This document shows positions 47,599 through 56,822 of a stretch of 64,000 nucleotides of DNA, in pieces. The position numbers were made by a program, and so were the translations under genes. The stretch's first letter is position 1. Each line of letters begins with the position of its first letter. Location: NCBI GenBank assembly GCA_964609625.1, contig CAZSRS010000020.1, positions 584 through 64,583 on the forward strand, read 5' to 3'. The stretch is from an uncultured Desulfovibrionaceae bacterium. GTDB taxonomy: Bacteria > Desulfobacterota > Desulfovibrionia > Desulfovibrionales > Desulfovibrionaceae. The notes below the pieces were generated by a model. The model searched no databases and was not told the DNA's origin. It was given only the letters and a program-made list of their open reading frames with translations.

Positions 47599-49908
47599 TC
47601 AGGTCTTGACGGCCATATCACGTTTCCATTCCCGCAGATACAGCTCCCCGAGATGGCTTGCCGCGCCGTCCCAGGTATAGTCGTTTTTCACACGCTCCAT
47701 GCAGGCCTTGCCCGCGGTACATAACGAGGCATCGGAAGCCTGCTCCAACTCGTCCAGCAGTTTGGCCAAGGCGATGACATCTCCCACCTGGAAATAGCGC
47801 CCGGTCTCTGCCAGGGGTTCCCTATGCTGCTCGATATCGCTGACGATGCAGGGCAGAGCATAGGACATGGCCTCCAGCAGGGTCAAGGGCAGACCTTCCA
47901 GGCCCGAGGCTGTGACGTAAGCCTTGGCGTTGGCGAAAACCGCCTGGAGTGACTCGCCGAAGAGGTAGCCGGTAAACACAACCTGGGAGGAGCCTTCGCA
48001 CCGATCCTTGAGCTGCCGGACATAGTCGCCGCTGGCCGCGGCATCGCCCACGATGGCCAGGGTAAAGGGGCGCGGTCTGCGCAGCTGGGCTTCGATCAGG
48101 TCCTGGATGCGCTTCTCGGGTACCAAGCGTCCCACAAAACAAATGTACTTGCCGGGCTCCAAGCCCAGGGTTCCGACATCGACCCGGGGCATGGCCTCGG
48201 GGAGGTTCACGCCGTTGGGTATGTAGACGGTGGAGACGCCGTACACGGATTCATAGTAGTTCTTCAGGTACCTGGAGACCATGATCCGAACATGGGTGAA
48301 ATGGGCCGAGCACCACTCGCCGAGGTGCAGGATCCTGGAGGGCAGACCTTTCCATTTGTCGCGCTGCCAGTCAAGGCCGCCGCAGGTGAAGAACACCCGG
48401 GTGCGGGGTTTGAGCAGCCGCAGCAGGGGAGCCATCAGGGCCGGCCCCTGGGAGTAGATGTGGGTTATGTCGGCCTTGCGCACGGCCAGGTGGAGCACGG
48501 CCAGAAAGGTGTGCAGGAAGGCCTCCATGTGCTTGGTGTCGATGGTGCCGATCCGGACGATACGCACGCCTTTGTACTCCCGGATATCATCGGTGACGTA
48601 GTTCTTGCGGGCGTAAAGGGTGATCTGAAAGCCCTGGGCCGCCAGACGGGTGTAGAGTTCCTCGCATTGGCGCTCCACGCCGCCCCAGGTGGCTGGGATA
48701 CCGCGCAGGCCTAGCACGGCGATACGTGGCATGTGGCGAAGCCTGGGACCCCAGAATCGCGCGTAGGCGTCCACCATGACGTCGATGTCATACTGCGCCA
48801 GGGCGTCCTTCTGGGCCTGCTCCCCGAGCCGACGGCCCAGGTCCGGTTCCTCCACGATGCGCAGCATGGCCCGGGCATAGGCCTGGACATCGTCGTTGGC
48901 GGCGAGCAGGCAGTTGCGTTCGTGGATCAGGAGTTGCCTATTGCCTTCGATGTCCGTGGAAACGATGGTTTTGGCCGCGGCCATGGCCTCCAGAAGGGCG
49001 AGGGAGGTGCCCTCGTACAGGGAACACAAAGCGTAGCAGTCGCTGATGGCCAGGAGCTGGGGAATGTCGTCGCGGAACCCGGTAAAGACGACTCTGTCGT
49101 CCACGTCCAGGGAGGCGGCCAGGCGCTCAAGCTCGGGGCGCGTTTCGCCGTCACCGACAACGAGCAGCATGGCCTGCTCCCGTGGGAGGTTGAGGGCTGC
49201 CAGGGCTCGTATGGCCAGGGCGTGGTTTTTTTCTGGAGCCAGACGGGAGATGTTCACGAAGACGGTTGCCGTCTCGGGCAGGCCCAATTCATGCCGCAGA
49301 CCAAGGGGGCGGGGTACCACGCAGGCGCGGGTGTCGATGCCGTTACGCACCACAGCGACCTTGTCCTGCCTGACGCCGAAGTCACGGCGCAGGGTCTCGG
49401 CCGTGGCCTCGGATACAGCGATGACACCGTCGGTTCGGTTGAAGAGCAACCGGGTGGCGAGGATACGCAGGAAATTGCGCGGATCGAACCAAGGGCGTCG
49501 AGGCAGCAGATGTTGTACATGTACCGTGACGAGTACCCTATGGGCGCCGAAAAGCAGTCCCGCGGCGGTCCCGATGAATTCGGCGTCAGAGAGGTGCGCG
49601 TGCAGCACACAGTAGGGGCGGGCATGGAGCAGGCGGCGGATGTCGCGGATGCCCAGGAAAATGTAGGAAAGCAGCTTGAAAGGATTGACAATGCTCGGAC
49701 GGGAGCGGTTGCAGAGGACCACTTCGGCACCGGCATCGCGCAGGCGTCTGGCCAGACCGTCGCCTGGTTGCAGGGCGCAGACAGCTACCTCGGTGCCACG
49801 CCGGCACAGGGCCGCGCACAGGGGTACGAGGAGTTGTTGGGCGCCGCCGTAGTTGACGTTGTCGATGACAAAGACAACGTGTTCGGGCGTTTCGGCATGC
49901 CCGGTCAT
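47599..49908 (-). CDS. Tandem (two-module) GT4-family glycosyltransferase, 769 aa
   Basis: Module 1: VVFVIDNVNYGGAQQLL...YEGTSLALLEAMAA. Module 2: MPRIAVLGLRGIPATWGGVERQCEELY...GLPLTLLEAMSYALPCIVSD. Each has the GT4 E-x7-E region. Confidence 0.85.
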   Translation of the reverse strand: MTGHAETPEHVVFVIDNVNYGGAQQLLVPLCAALCRRGTEVAVCALQPGDGLARRLRDAGAEVVLCNRSRPSIVNPFKLLSYIFLGIRDIRRLLHARPYCVLHAHLSDAEFIGTAAGLLFGAHRVLVTVHVQHLLPRRPWFDPRNFLRILATRLLFNRTDGVIAVSEATAETLRRDFGVRQDKVAVVRNGIDTRACVVPRPLGLRHELGLPETATVFVNISRLAPEKNHALAIRALAALNLPREQAMLLVVGDGETRPELERLAASLDVDDRVVFTGFRDDIPQLLAISDCYALCSLYEGTSLALLEAMAAAKTIVSTDIEGNRQLLIHERNCLLAANDDVQAYARAMLRIVEEPDLGRRLGEQAQKDALAQYDIDVMVDAYARFWGPRLRHMPRIAVLGLRGIPATWGGVERQCEELYTRLAAQGFQITLYARKNYVTDDIREYKGVRIVRIGTIDTKHMEAFLHTFLAVLHLAVRKADITHIYSQGPALMAPLLRLLKPRTRVFFTCGGLDWQRDKWKGLPSRILHLGEWCSAHFTHVRIMVSRYLKNYYESVYGVSTVYIPNGVNLPEAMPRVDVGTLGLEPGKYICFVGRLVPEKRIQDLIEAQLRRPRPFTLAIVGDAAASGDYVRQLKDRCEGSSQVVFTGYLFGESLQAVFANAKAYVTASGLEGLPLTLLEAMSYALPCIVSDIEQHREPLAETGRYFQVGDVIALAKLLDELEQASDASLCTAGKACMERVKNDYTWDGAASHLGELYLREWKRDMAVKT

Positions 49909-49913
49909 GGCGC

Positions 49914-50615
49914 CTATTTCAGCCAGCTGTAGATGCTCATGGGGATGGGATACTTGCGTTCATTCAAGACCATCCCCGCCAATTCAATGTTGTTGTCCTT
50001 GAGTTTGTCGATGGTGTGCATGCATACCTGGCGGCGAGAGGTGGCGTAGCGCGCCACGAGAATCACGTGGTCCACCATCTTGGACAGGCTTATGGTCCAG
50101 GGAGAGACGGGCACGGGAGGGCAATCAAAGATCGTGACCTGGAATTTATCCTTGGCAAAGGTGAGGAGTTCGTCCAGGTAGCTTTTTTGCGTCAGCAGGT
50201 TGCAGCAGGATTCGCCCTGGTTTCTGCCGGAAGGCAAGACAGAGAGGCCTGGGAGTTTGGAACTTTGGATCAGGTCTTCAAGAGGTTGAATGCCCTGAAG
50301 ATAGTTGCTCAGACCTTCTCCTTCGGCGGACGTCAGTGTCGAAGGGCGGCGTTTGTCAAAGTCCGTGTCCACAAAAAGGGTGTTCAGGCCGAATTCCATG
50401 ACCGCCAACAGGGTCATGTGCAGGGAGACAAAGGAAGAACCGTCTCCGACAGAGCAGCCGGTGAAAAGCATGGTGCTGCTCTGGCTGGAATTCTTGAGTG
50501 CGAGGCTGTTCCAGATGGCGCTCAGGGAATGCCGAATCTTGTTGAGTTGATTCACCTGCCCCTTTTCGAGAGTTTCACCGGGAAAAAGCGATTCGACATA
50601 CGTGTCAGTATTCAT
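49914..50615 (-). CDS. CpsD/CapB-type BY-kinase-like ATPase paralogue with degenerate Walker A (Lys replaced)
   Basis: MLFTGCSVGDGSSF stands where the family has (S/T)SxxPGEGKS(T/F). The A-prime motif (LFVDTDFDKRR) and Walker B (TIFDCPP) are retained, as are LSVLPSG and AGMVLNE. Confidence 0.75.
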   Translation of the reverse strand: MNTDTYVESLFPGETLEKGQVNQLNKIRHSLSAIWNSLALKNSSQSSTMLFTGCSVGDGSSFVSLHMTLLAVMEFGLNTLFVDTDFDKRRPSTLTSAEGEGLSNYLQGIQPLEDLIQSSKLPGLSVLPSGRNQGESCCNLLTQKSYLDELLTFAKDKFQVTIFDCPPVPVSPWTISLSKMVDHVILVARYATSRRQVCMHTIDKLKDNNIELAGMVLNERKYPIPMSIYSWLK

Positions 50616-50643
50616 CGGTCATTCCACCCCCAAACCGTTGGCA

Positions 50644-50706
50644 CATGCAGTGATATCTGCATGGCGAAACATTGGCATTGCATGTCGATAGCATGTATGT
50701 GCTATC
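50644..50706. promoter_or_regulatory. Two 20-bp 7-6-7 palindromes in a divergent promoter region
   Basis: CATGCAG-TGATAT-CTGCATG (50644-50663) and GATAGCA-TGTATG-TGCTATC (50687-50706), 30 to 90 nt upstream of the 50615 start. Confidence 0.35.
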
Positions 50707-51188
50707 TTACATTAGTCATGCAAGCAAAAATTGCAAACCAACACACTGTGACTTTTCAGCAATCTCGATGTCAGCTTTGCGAATGATCTTTAACTAGTTA
50801 CGCGTATCACCAGGACAAGTCAATGCTTCCGCACGAATGCTTCAGCACGCATGGTTCGAGCACGAAGCAGGAGGGATCAGGCAGTGGCCAAGGTTTGCAG
50901 AGGGTGTCTTTTGCATGGTATTCCGTCGGATTTTCACGTATCAAGGAGAGATGCACGGAAAGCACGTCCCGTGTTTTGGGCGCCGAGGCTTGGTAAAACC
51001 TGGTCTCGCCAGGCCTTACGCGGATTTCGCTCGCGGCGCGGCATTCCGCCGCGAGAGGCAACGCTGCACTCTTAGATGCCAACTTGGTATCAATGGTGCA
51101 TCATGTAGTGCCACCTGATGGCAAGAACCTGCAACACCCCGCCTTTGCCCGCGCCAACACGAGCGGGCGGCGGGCTCGAGACGACCCA

Positions 51189-52781
51189 ATGGGCACGGAA
51201 CACGAGGCGAACGACCACAGAGACCTGTATGGCGCCATCAACAAGGCCACGCTGGTAATCATGGCCTGGACTTTCGTGGACAAGGTCCTGGCCGTGGCCA
51301 AGGAAATGTTGCAAGCCAGGGAGTTCGGTATCCAGGTGAGTCTGGACGTGTTCAACCTGGCTTTTGCCGTGCCGGGTCTCACGGTGCTGCTCATCGACGT
51401 CGCCGTGTACTCGGCCTTTGTGCCGTTATACTCCGAATGGCGGCAACAGCTCGCGGAGCGGGATTTGCGCGACAGGACCATGACGGTGTTCACCGCCAGC
51501 ATGTTGGGCATCTTGCTTATCGCAGTGGCAGGCTATGCCTTGGCACCCTGGTATTTCCCCGTCATCGCCCACGGCATGGAACCGGTGCAGCAGCATCTAG
51601 GCGTGGCAATGCAGCGCACCCTGATGCTACTCGTAGTGCTGGAGGGTGCCTCGGTGCTCCTCGCGGCCTTGCTGCAGGCCTGGAAGCTTTTTGCAGCGGT
51701 GACTCTGGCCCAGTCGGCCATCAACATCTCCCTGATCCTGTTTCTCGTCTTCGCCGCCGATTTGGGCATCGACCTGCTCGTCTGGGGTACGTTGGCGGGT
51801 TGCGCGGCGAAGCTGTTCTTTCTCTTTGCCTGCATTAGTTGGAAGGGCTTTCGGGTATTCAGCCCCTTTTCGTTCACGGGCGGGGAGTTGGCGGTTTTCC
51901 TCAAACTGGTGCTGCCGCTCATGGGCAGTGCCCTGATCGTGAACTCCATCCTGGTGGTTGATCAGTCAATGGCCACCCAGGTCAGCGCCGGTGGCGTTTC
52001 CAGCCTGCGGTACGCCTACCGCATCAACGATTTGCCGCTGCAACTGCTGGTCATTGCCATCACCAGGGCAATCTTCCCCTACATCAGTGACAGTGCGGCC
52101 AAGGGTGACAAGGAGGCCATGTGCTACGTCTTCAACCGCAGCCTGATCTTCATCGGGTTGATCAGCTTCCCCATGATCGGCTTCGTGGTCATCTTCGCGC
52201 CGGATATCGTCAGCGTGCTGCTCAAGCGAGGCGCGTTCGGCGAGGAGGCCGCCATGCGTACCGCCCTGACCTTGCAGTGCTATATAGCGGGACTCTACTT
52301 CTTTGCCTACGGCTACATCAACGGCGCATTCTTTTCCGCCTTGAAACTGGTGCGATCCCTGTTGTTCATGGGGGTACTTTTCCTGCTGCTGAATGTGGTG
52401 CTGAACATACTGTTCATCTGGATCTTCGACGAGGTCTATGGCATCGCCCTGTCCTCGTCCCTGTCCGCGTTTTTGGTTTGCGTGTTGTTCATTATCATGT
52501 TGCACAAGCACTTACGTTTCAGCCTTGTGGGATCTGAAATCAGGAGCATATTGTTGCCTCTTGCCGCCGCGGTGTTCCTCGGCGCGGTCTGCTATCTCCT
52601 GCGTGGGGCCTTACGCGGTGTGGATCTGCCGCAAGTGGTATCCTTGCTTCTCTGGGCCGTATTTTATTTTTCGAGTTACGTCGGCCTGTTGCTGCTTTTC
52701 AGGACTCCGGAGATCGTGGAAGTCCTGTCCTTTGCCAAGGTGCCGAAGTTTGTACGGCGGTTCTTCCAGCGTAACAGTTGA
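51189..52781 (+). CDS. MurJ/MviN-family (MOP superfamily) flippase, probably the EPS repeat-unit flippase
   Basis: About 14 TM helices. N-terminal KVLAVAKEMLQAREFGIQVSLDVFNLAFAVPGL matches the MurJ N-terminal pattern. ATG 51189 was preferred. Confidence 0.8.
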   Translation: MGTEHEANDHRDLYGAINKATLVIMAWTFVDKVLAVAKEMLQAREFGIQVSLDVFNLAFAVPGLTVLLIDVAVYSAFVPLYSEWRQQLAERDLRDRTMTVFTASMLGILLIAVAGYALAPWYFPVIAHGMEPVQQHLGVAMQRTLMLLVVLEGASVLLAALLQAWKLFAAVTLAQSAINISLILFLVFAADLGIDLLVWGTLAGCAAKLFFLFACISWKGFRVFSPFSFTGGELAVFLKLVLPLMGSALIVNSILVVDQSMATQVSAGGVSSLRYAYRINDLPLQLLVIAITRAIFPYISDSAAKGDKEAMCYVFNRSLIFIGLISFPMIGFVVIFAPDIVSVLLKRGAFGEEAAMRTALTLQCYIAGLYFFAYGYINGAFFSALKLVRSLLFMGVLFLLLNVVLNILFIWIFDEVYGIALSSSLSAFLVCVLFIIMLHKHLRFSLVGSEIRSILLPLAAAVFLGAVCYLLRGALRGVDLPQVVSLLLWAVFYFSSYVGLLLLFRTPEIVEVLSFAKVPKFVRRFFQRNS

Positions 52782-52921
52782 ACCATTCCCTGCCGCGGAA
52801 CAAGTGAGAACCGTGCGGGAAGCGGCGCATTCGTCGGGTCCCCGCGGTCATGGTTCATGACCAAGCTGCATTTTGGTAGAAAAATGTCATGTAATCGTGC
52901 ACTTGCATGATGTGCGGGGGG

Positions 52922-53980
52922 TCAGGGGTTCCGATCTTGACGGAGTAGGAGGTGGAGGACTTCCAGAAACCGCTGGTTTTCTTCTTCACACAAGGCCAGG
53001 GCGCGCTTCCTGCCATTCGCGGCAATTGCCTCGGCCTCTTGTGGGTTCTGGATCAGGCGCAAGACCTTGTCACGCAGGTCCGCGGCGTTGCCAAGCTCGA
53101 AAAACAGCGCGCTTTCACCCTCCGTGGCATATTCCTCCGTAGCGATGTTGCGCGAGACCACCAGAGGGCGTCCGATGGTCATGACTTCCAACATCACGTT
53201 CTGCCCGGCGGCCACGCGATAGTCCTTGAGGGGGAGCACACAGAAGCGCGCCCCGGCGATGCGTCGGATCAGTTCTTCCTGGCTCACGAAGTCGCGCACC
53301 AGTGTGACGTTTCCGGGCAGTGACGTTGCAGGCTGAAAGCGCTGCGAGAGGATCACCACGGGGCAGGGAAGCTCCCGCGCGGCCTGGACCAGGGTGTCGA
53401 AGTCCCTGTCGCTGTTGCCGTAGGCAAAGACGTAGTCGCCGCGTGGGTATTCGGGCAAGTCGAACAATTCGGTGGGGGGCGTGTCGGGATAAAAGCGGAT
53501 ACGCTCGCGCGGGAAGCCATAACGCGCGGCGTAGAGTTCCTCTTCACGTCGCGAGGTGGTGAGTACGAAGTCCATGCCCGGCGTGGCCCACTCCAGGGCG
53601 CGGTGCTTGAAATTCAGCCCTCCCGCCTGTTCCCAGGCCGGGTTCACGTGAAAGTCGCGCACGATGTGTGCCGGTAGGGGCAGAAACCGTCCAAAACAAC
53701 GTTTGAGCAGGCCGACCCCCACACCCATGGGCGTGTCCCAGGAAGCCCAGAACCTGGCCCTGGGATGGCGCAGCAAGGCGAACACGGGCAGATAGTATCG
53801 AGAAAGGCGGATGGAGAGCCTGCGGAGTTTCGGTGGCACGCGCGGCCACAACAAGATGGGGTGCAGCACGGTGACATCGAGGCCCGCTTCACGCATGGCG
53901 TATACAAATCGCCAATACCCAACTTCGCGCCAGCTGACGATGAGGCAGAGTCGGCATCCTGACAGGGAAACTATGTTCAT
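52922..53980 (-). CDS. Glycosyltransferase (GT1/GT4-like)
   Basis: C-terminal LPLKDYRVAAGQNVMLEVMTIGRPLVVSR...EGESALFF resembles the GT4 E-x7-E region. The start is uncertain (53980 or up to 54097). Confidence 0.75.
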   Translation of the reverse strand: MNIVSLSGCRLCLIVSWREVGYWRFVYAMREAGLDVTVLHPILLWPRVPPKLRRLSIRLSRYYLPVFALLRHPRARFWASWDTPMGVGVGLLKRCFGRFLPLPAHIVRDFHVNPAWEQAGGLNFKHRALEWATPGMDFVLTTSRREEELYAARYGFPRERIRFYPDTPPTELFDLPEYPRGDYVFAYGNSDRDFDTLVQAARELPCPVVILSQRFQPATSLPGNVTLVRDFVSQEELIRRIAGARFCVLPLKDYRVAAGQNVMLEVMTIGRPLVVSRNIATEEYATEGESALFFELGNAADLRDKVLRLIQNPQEAEAIAANGRKRALALCEEENQRFLEVLHLLLRQDRNP

Positions 53981-54249
53981 AAGGAAGTCAAATAGTAAAA
54001 AGTGGGTATTGCCTTCGCTTCGTGGCCTTGGGGAAAGTAGGAAATATCCCGATAAGTTGAAAAACTTATACGATGTGTAATGCAATCCTCGGGACACAGA
54101 TGTTCATCAAGCTTGCACGAATAAAGACATTCATAGAGTCAGCTGCATCTCAGGCAATGGTAAGTCATGAAGGATATGTAAAATATCCAACGCTTGCATG
54201 ATGCGTTTGGGCAATCTCCAATACATCATCTTTAATAATCTTTCTCCGG

Positions 54250-54288
54250 CTCCGCATTCAACAGCGCCGATGAGCGCTGGATGCGGAG
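54250..54288 (-). terminator. Strong hairpin just downstream of the SGNH gene (no U-tract)
   Basis: CTCCGCAT-TCAA-CAGCGC-CGATGA-GCGCTG-G-ATGCGGAG, 14 paired positions, 30 nt after the stop at 54318. Confidence 0.3.
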
Positions 54289-54317
54289 GTTAATACCGAT
54301 CGAGCAGATGAAAAAAA

Positions 54318-55406
54318 TCAAATTAATGATTCTGTGATGAAATACTGTAATATTGCTTTTCCAACAATCGCGTTGCCATATTCATTCCAATGATAGTCGT
54401 CAGTAAAATCAAATCTCTTTTTATTTTGAATGTAGTCATTAACAAATACATCGTGCAAGTCTAAAAAGAAAAAGCCATGGCTAGATGATACATCTTTAAC
54501 AAGGTTATTTAGTTTGAGAGCTTTACTATTGATGCTCGTCGTACTGTTGTGGCCACAGTGGTATATTATGTCACGCGCCCCATCCACGGTTATCATTATC
54601 TTTACATCATCTTGAGCAGTTAGTATTTTTATTGATTGAAATATGTAATCAAGTGCCAATATCAGATGGTCTTCCTCTATTTTTTCAAAAGCAAGATCAT
54701 TTTCAGATTGCCGCGCTCCAAATATGCATGATTTGATAAAATGAAATGAAATATTCTTTTTGTACCGAAGATATCTCCATGTTGCTGACTTCCTGATGAG
54801 GTCCTTATATGATTGCCTGTAGGGTGCTGGAGAAACTTCAGATATGCAACCCTCGTTCAGTGAAAGCTTCAAAAAACTACTGTTATATAATGAGTCATTG
54901 TCGCAAAAAGATTCATCAAAGTCATTGTGGACAATGTTAACAATAATAATGTTTGGTTTGTAATTCAATCCCTCCTGCCGAATCATATGTAAGTACTGGG
55001 AAAGAGGTGCACCTCCAATTCCCATGCGCATTACGTCAATTTTCTTGGGTGAATTACGTTCGAGAACTTCTCCGAAATGTTTGTCTACATCAACCGAGAG
55101 CCCTTCTACATATGAGTCACCTATAATTAAAATTCTCGGATTATGATCCGACTCGTTTGGGAGGTAGGACGATTTTGTTGAGTTCCAGCCATGCTTGTTA
55201 ATCGAGTAAGTTGTCAAATCACCACAGGCACTGACTCGTGTTCCCTGTTGCAGCGGACAATATTTAACGACTCCTTGTTGAAAGTCAATGCATGATGGAA
55301 AGTCAGGAGCTGGAAGAGCAATACGAAAAATCACGGTTTCCAGAACTAATGAGATTATAACAATTGTAATCAACAGCAAAGAGATGTTCATGAAATGCTT
55401 TTTCAT
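54318..55406 (-). CDS. SGNH/GDSL-like hydrolase or AlgX/AlgJ-like polysaccharide O-acyl-modifying protein, membrane-anchored; low-GC gene
   Basis: N-terminal TM helix; block I ILIIGDSYVEG; MGIGGAP; terminal DDYHWN (DxxH-type). Markedly AT-rich compared with its neighbours. Confidence 0.65.
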   Translation of the reverse strand: MKKHFMNISLLLITIVIISLVLETVIFRIALPAPDFPSCIDFQQGVVKYCPLQQGTRVSACGDLTTYSINKHGWNSTKSSYLPNESDHNPRILIIGDSYVEGLSVDVDKHFGEVLERNSPKKIDVMRMGIGGAPLSQYLHMIRQEGLNYKPNIIIVNIVHNDFDESFCDNDSLYNSSFLKLSLNEGCISEVSPAPYRQSYKDLIRKSATWRYLRYKKNISFHFIKSCIFGARQSENDLAFEKIEEDHLILALDYIFQSIKILTAQDDVKIMITVDGARDIIYHCGHNSTTSINSKALKLNNLVKDVSSSHGFFFLDLHDVFVNDYIQNKKRFDFTDDYHWNEYGNAIVGKAILQYFITESLI

Positions 55407-55691
55407 ATGAGATTAATCACTCTTTTTCAAATGCTGTAAATCATTATGCGTCAATATATGCATATGATACGTGCGTCCATGTTGCTGATTTGGGAGCTTG
55501 CAAGATTCTACTTTATTGTCTATTGATGATATCCATTTAGTATCTAACAACATAGTCGCATTGTTCTTCAGTCATCACGCTGTGTTCCGTCATTATCAGC
55601 ATGCAGAGCAAGCTGTGAGCCTGATCTGCTTTCTCGCGTCTAGCGCAAGTTTCAAGGTAGCAATAATGCGTGGCCTCCAGTTACAGAGCCT

Positions 55692-56813
55692 CTAAACCAG
55701 CTCTTGAAACAGTCTCTCGAATTCCCGGGCCATTACCTCCACGTGGCATTGCCGTTCGGCAAGCGCCGCGGCGTTCTCGCCAAGGCGTCTGCGCAGTGCG
55801 TCGTCCTGCAACAGCGTGAGCATGCCTTGTGCCAGGGCTTCCGGGTCTTCGGGCACCACGAGCTGACCGGTTTCACCGCTGATGACGATCTCACGCATGA
55901 AGCCGACATCCGGGCTGACCACTGGAATTTTTGCGAACATGGCCTCGATGGCCGCGACAGAGAGCGTTTCCATCTGCGGCTTGGAAGACAAGGCCATGAT
56001 CTCGGCGCCGGCCAGGACATCTCCCACGTTGCGTACCACCCCCATGAAACGGCAGTTGGCCTCTAGACCCAACTCTTTTACTCGTTGCTCCAGTTCCTGA
56101 CGTCGAGGGCCATCGCCGAGCATGAGTAGTACTGCCCGTGGAAGTCGGGGCACGAGCCGGGCCATGGCCTCGAGCATGACTTCGTGGGCCTTGTCCGGTC
56201 GCAGGGCAGCGATCTGGACGATGACCCTGGCGTTCTCCGCCAGGGTCAGACGTTTTCTGGCCTCGGTCCTGGACAGCTGCGATGTCGCCCGTTGCGGGGA
56301 AACGCCGTTGTAGATGACCCGAAAACTTTTAGCTGGGAGCTTTTCCACATCTCGTACGTAGTCCAGGTGTCCCTTGGCCGCCGCCACCAGACAGTCCACG
56401 CCGAGGTGCGCCAGCCTGCGCGCTTGCATGGTCAGGCCGCTGAAATTGTATTGCTTGTATGTCTCGTTGTGCCAGTTGACCACGGGAATGCCGGCCATCC
56501 GCGCCGCCGGGACACCGAATACCAGTGCATTGCGATGGTTGATGAGCAGCAGAAGGTCGCTCTGTTCTTCCTTGAGTAACCTGGAAAGGGTGAAGACCAC
56601 CAGGGGGTTCATCTTTCCAGGCATGATCCGTGTTGTCACCGGGATCCCCTGCTGGACGATTTCATCGCCTATGGGGCCTGGGGCCTTGAAACAGAGCAGC
56701 TTCGGACTGACCTTGGCCGGGTCGAGGTGCAGCAGCAGGTCTCGCAGTAACTGCTCCGCACCTCCGACGATGAGAGTGGAAACTAGAACGTGCACGCGCA
56801 GGGGGGTGTGCAT
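55692..56813 (-). CDS. GT4-family glycosyltransferase
   Basis: VHVLVSTLIVGGAEQLL... N-terminus and C-terminal SSKPQMETLSVAAIEAMFAKIPVVS...GETGQLV. Confidence 0.9.
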   Translation of the reverse strand: MHTPLRVHVLVSTLIVGGAEQLLRDLLLHLDPAKVSPKLLCFKAPGPIGDEIVQQGIPVTTRIMPGKMNPLVVFTLSRLLKEEQSDLLLLINHRNALVFGVPAARMAGIPVVNWHNETYKQYNFSGLTMQARRLAHLGVDCLVAAAKGHLDYVRDVEKLPAKSFRVIYNGVSPQRATSQLSRTEARKRLTLAENARVIVQIAALRPDKAHEVMLEAMARLVPRLPRAVLLMLGDGPRRQELEQRVKELGLEANCRFMGVVRNVGDVLAGAEIMALSSKPQMETLSVAAIEAMFAKIPVVSPDVGFMREIVISGETGQLVVPEDPEALAQGMLTLLQDDALRRRLGENAAALAERQCHVEVMAREFERLFQELV

Positions 56814-56822
56814 CGTGGTTCC

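Noticed and set aside
48733-49932. 399-aa plus-strand ORF inside the double glycosyltransferase gene
   Set aside because: Antisense shadow of a gene with two clear GT4 modules.
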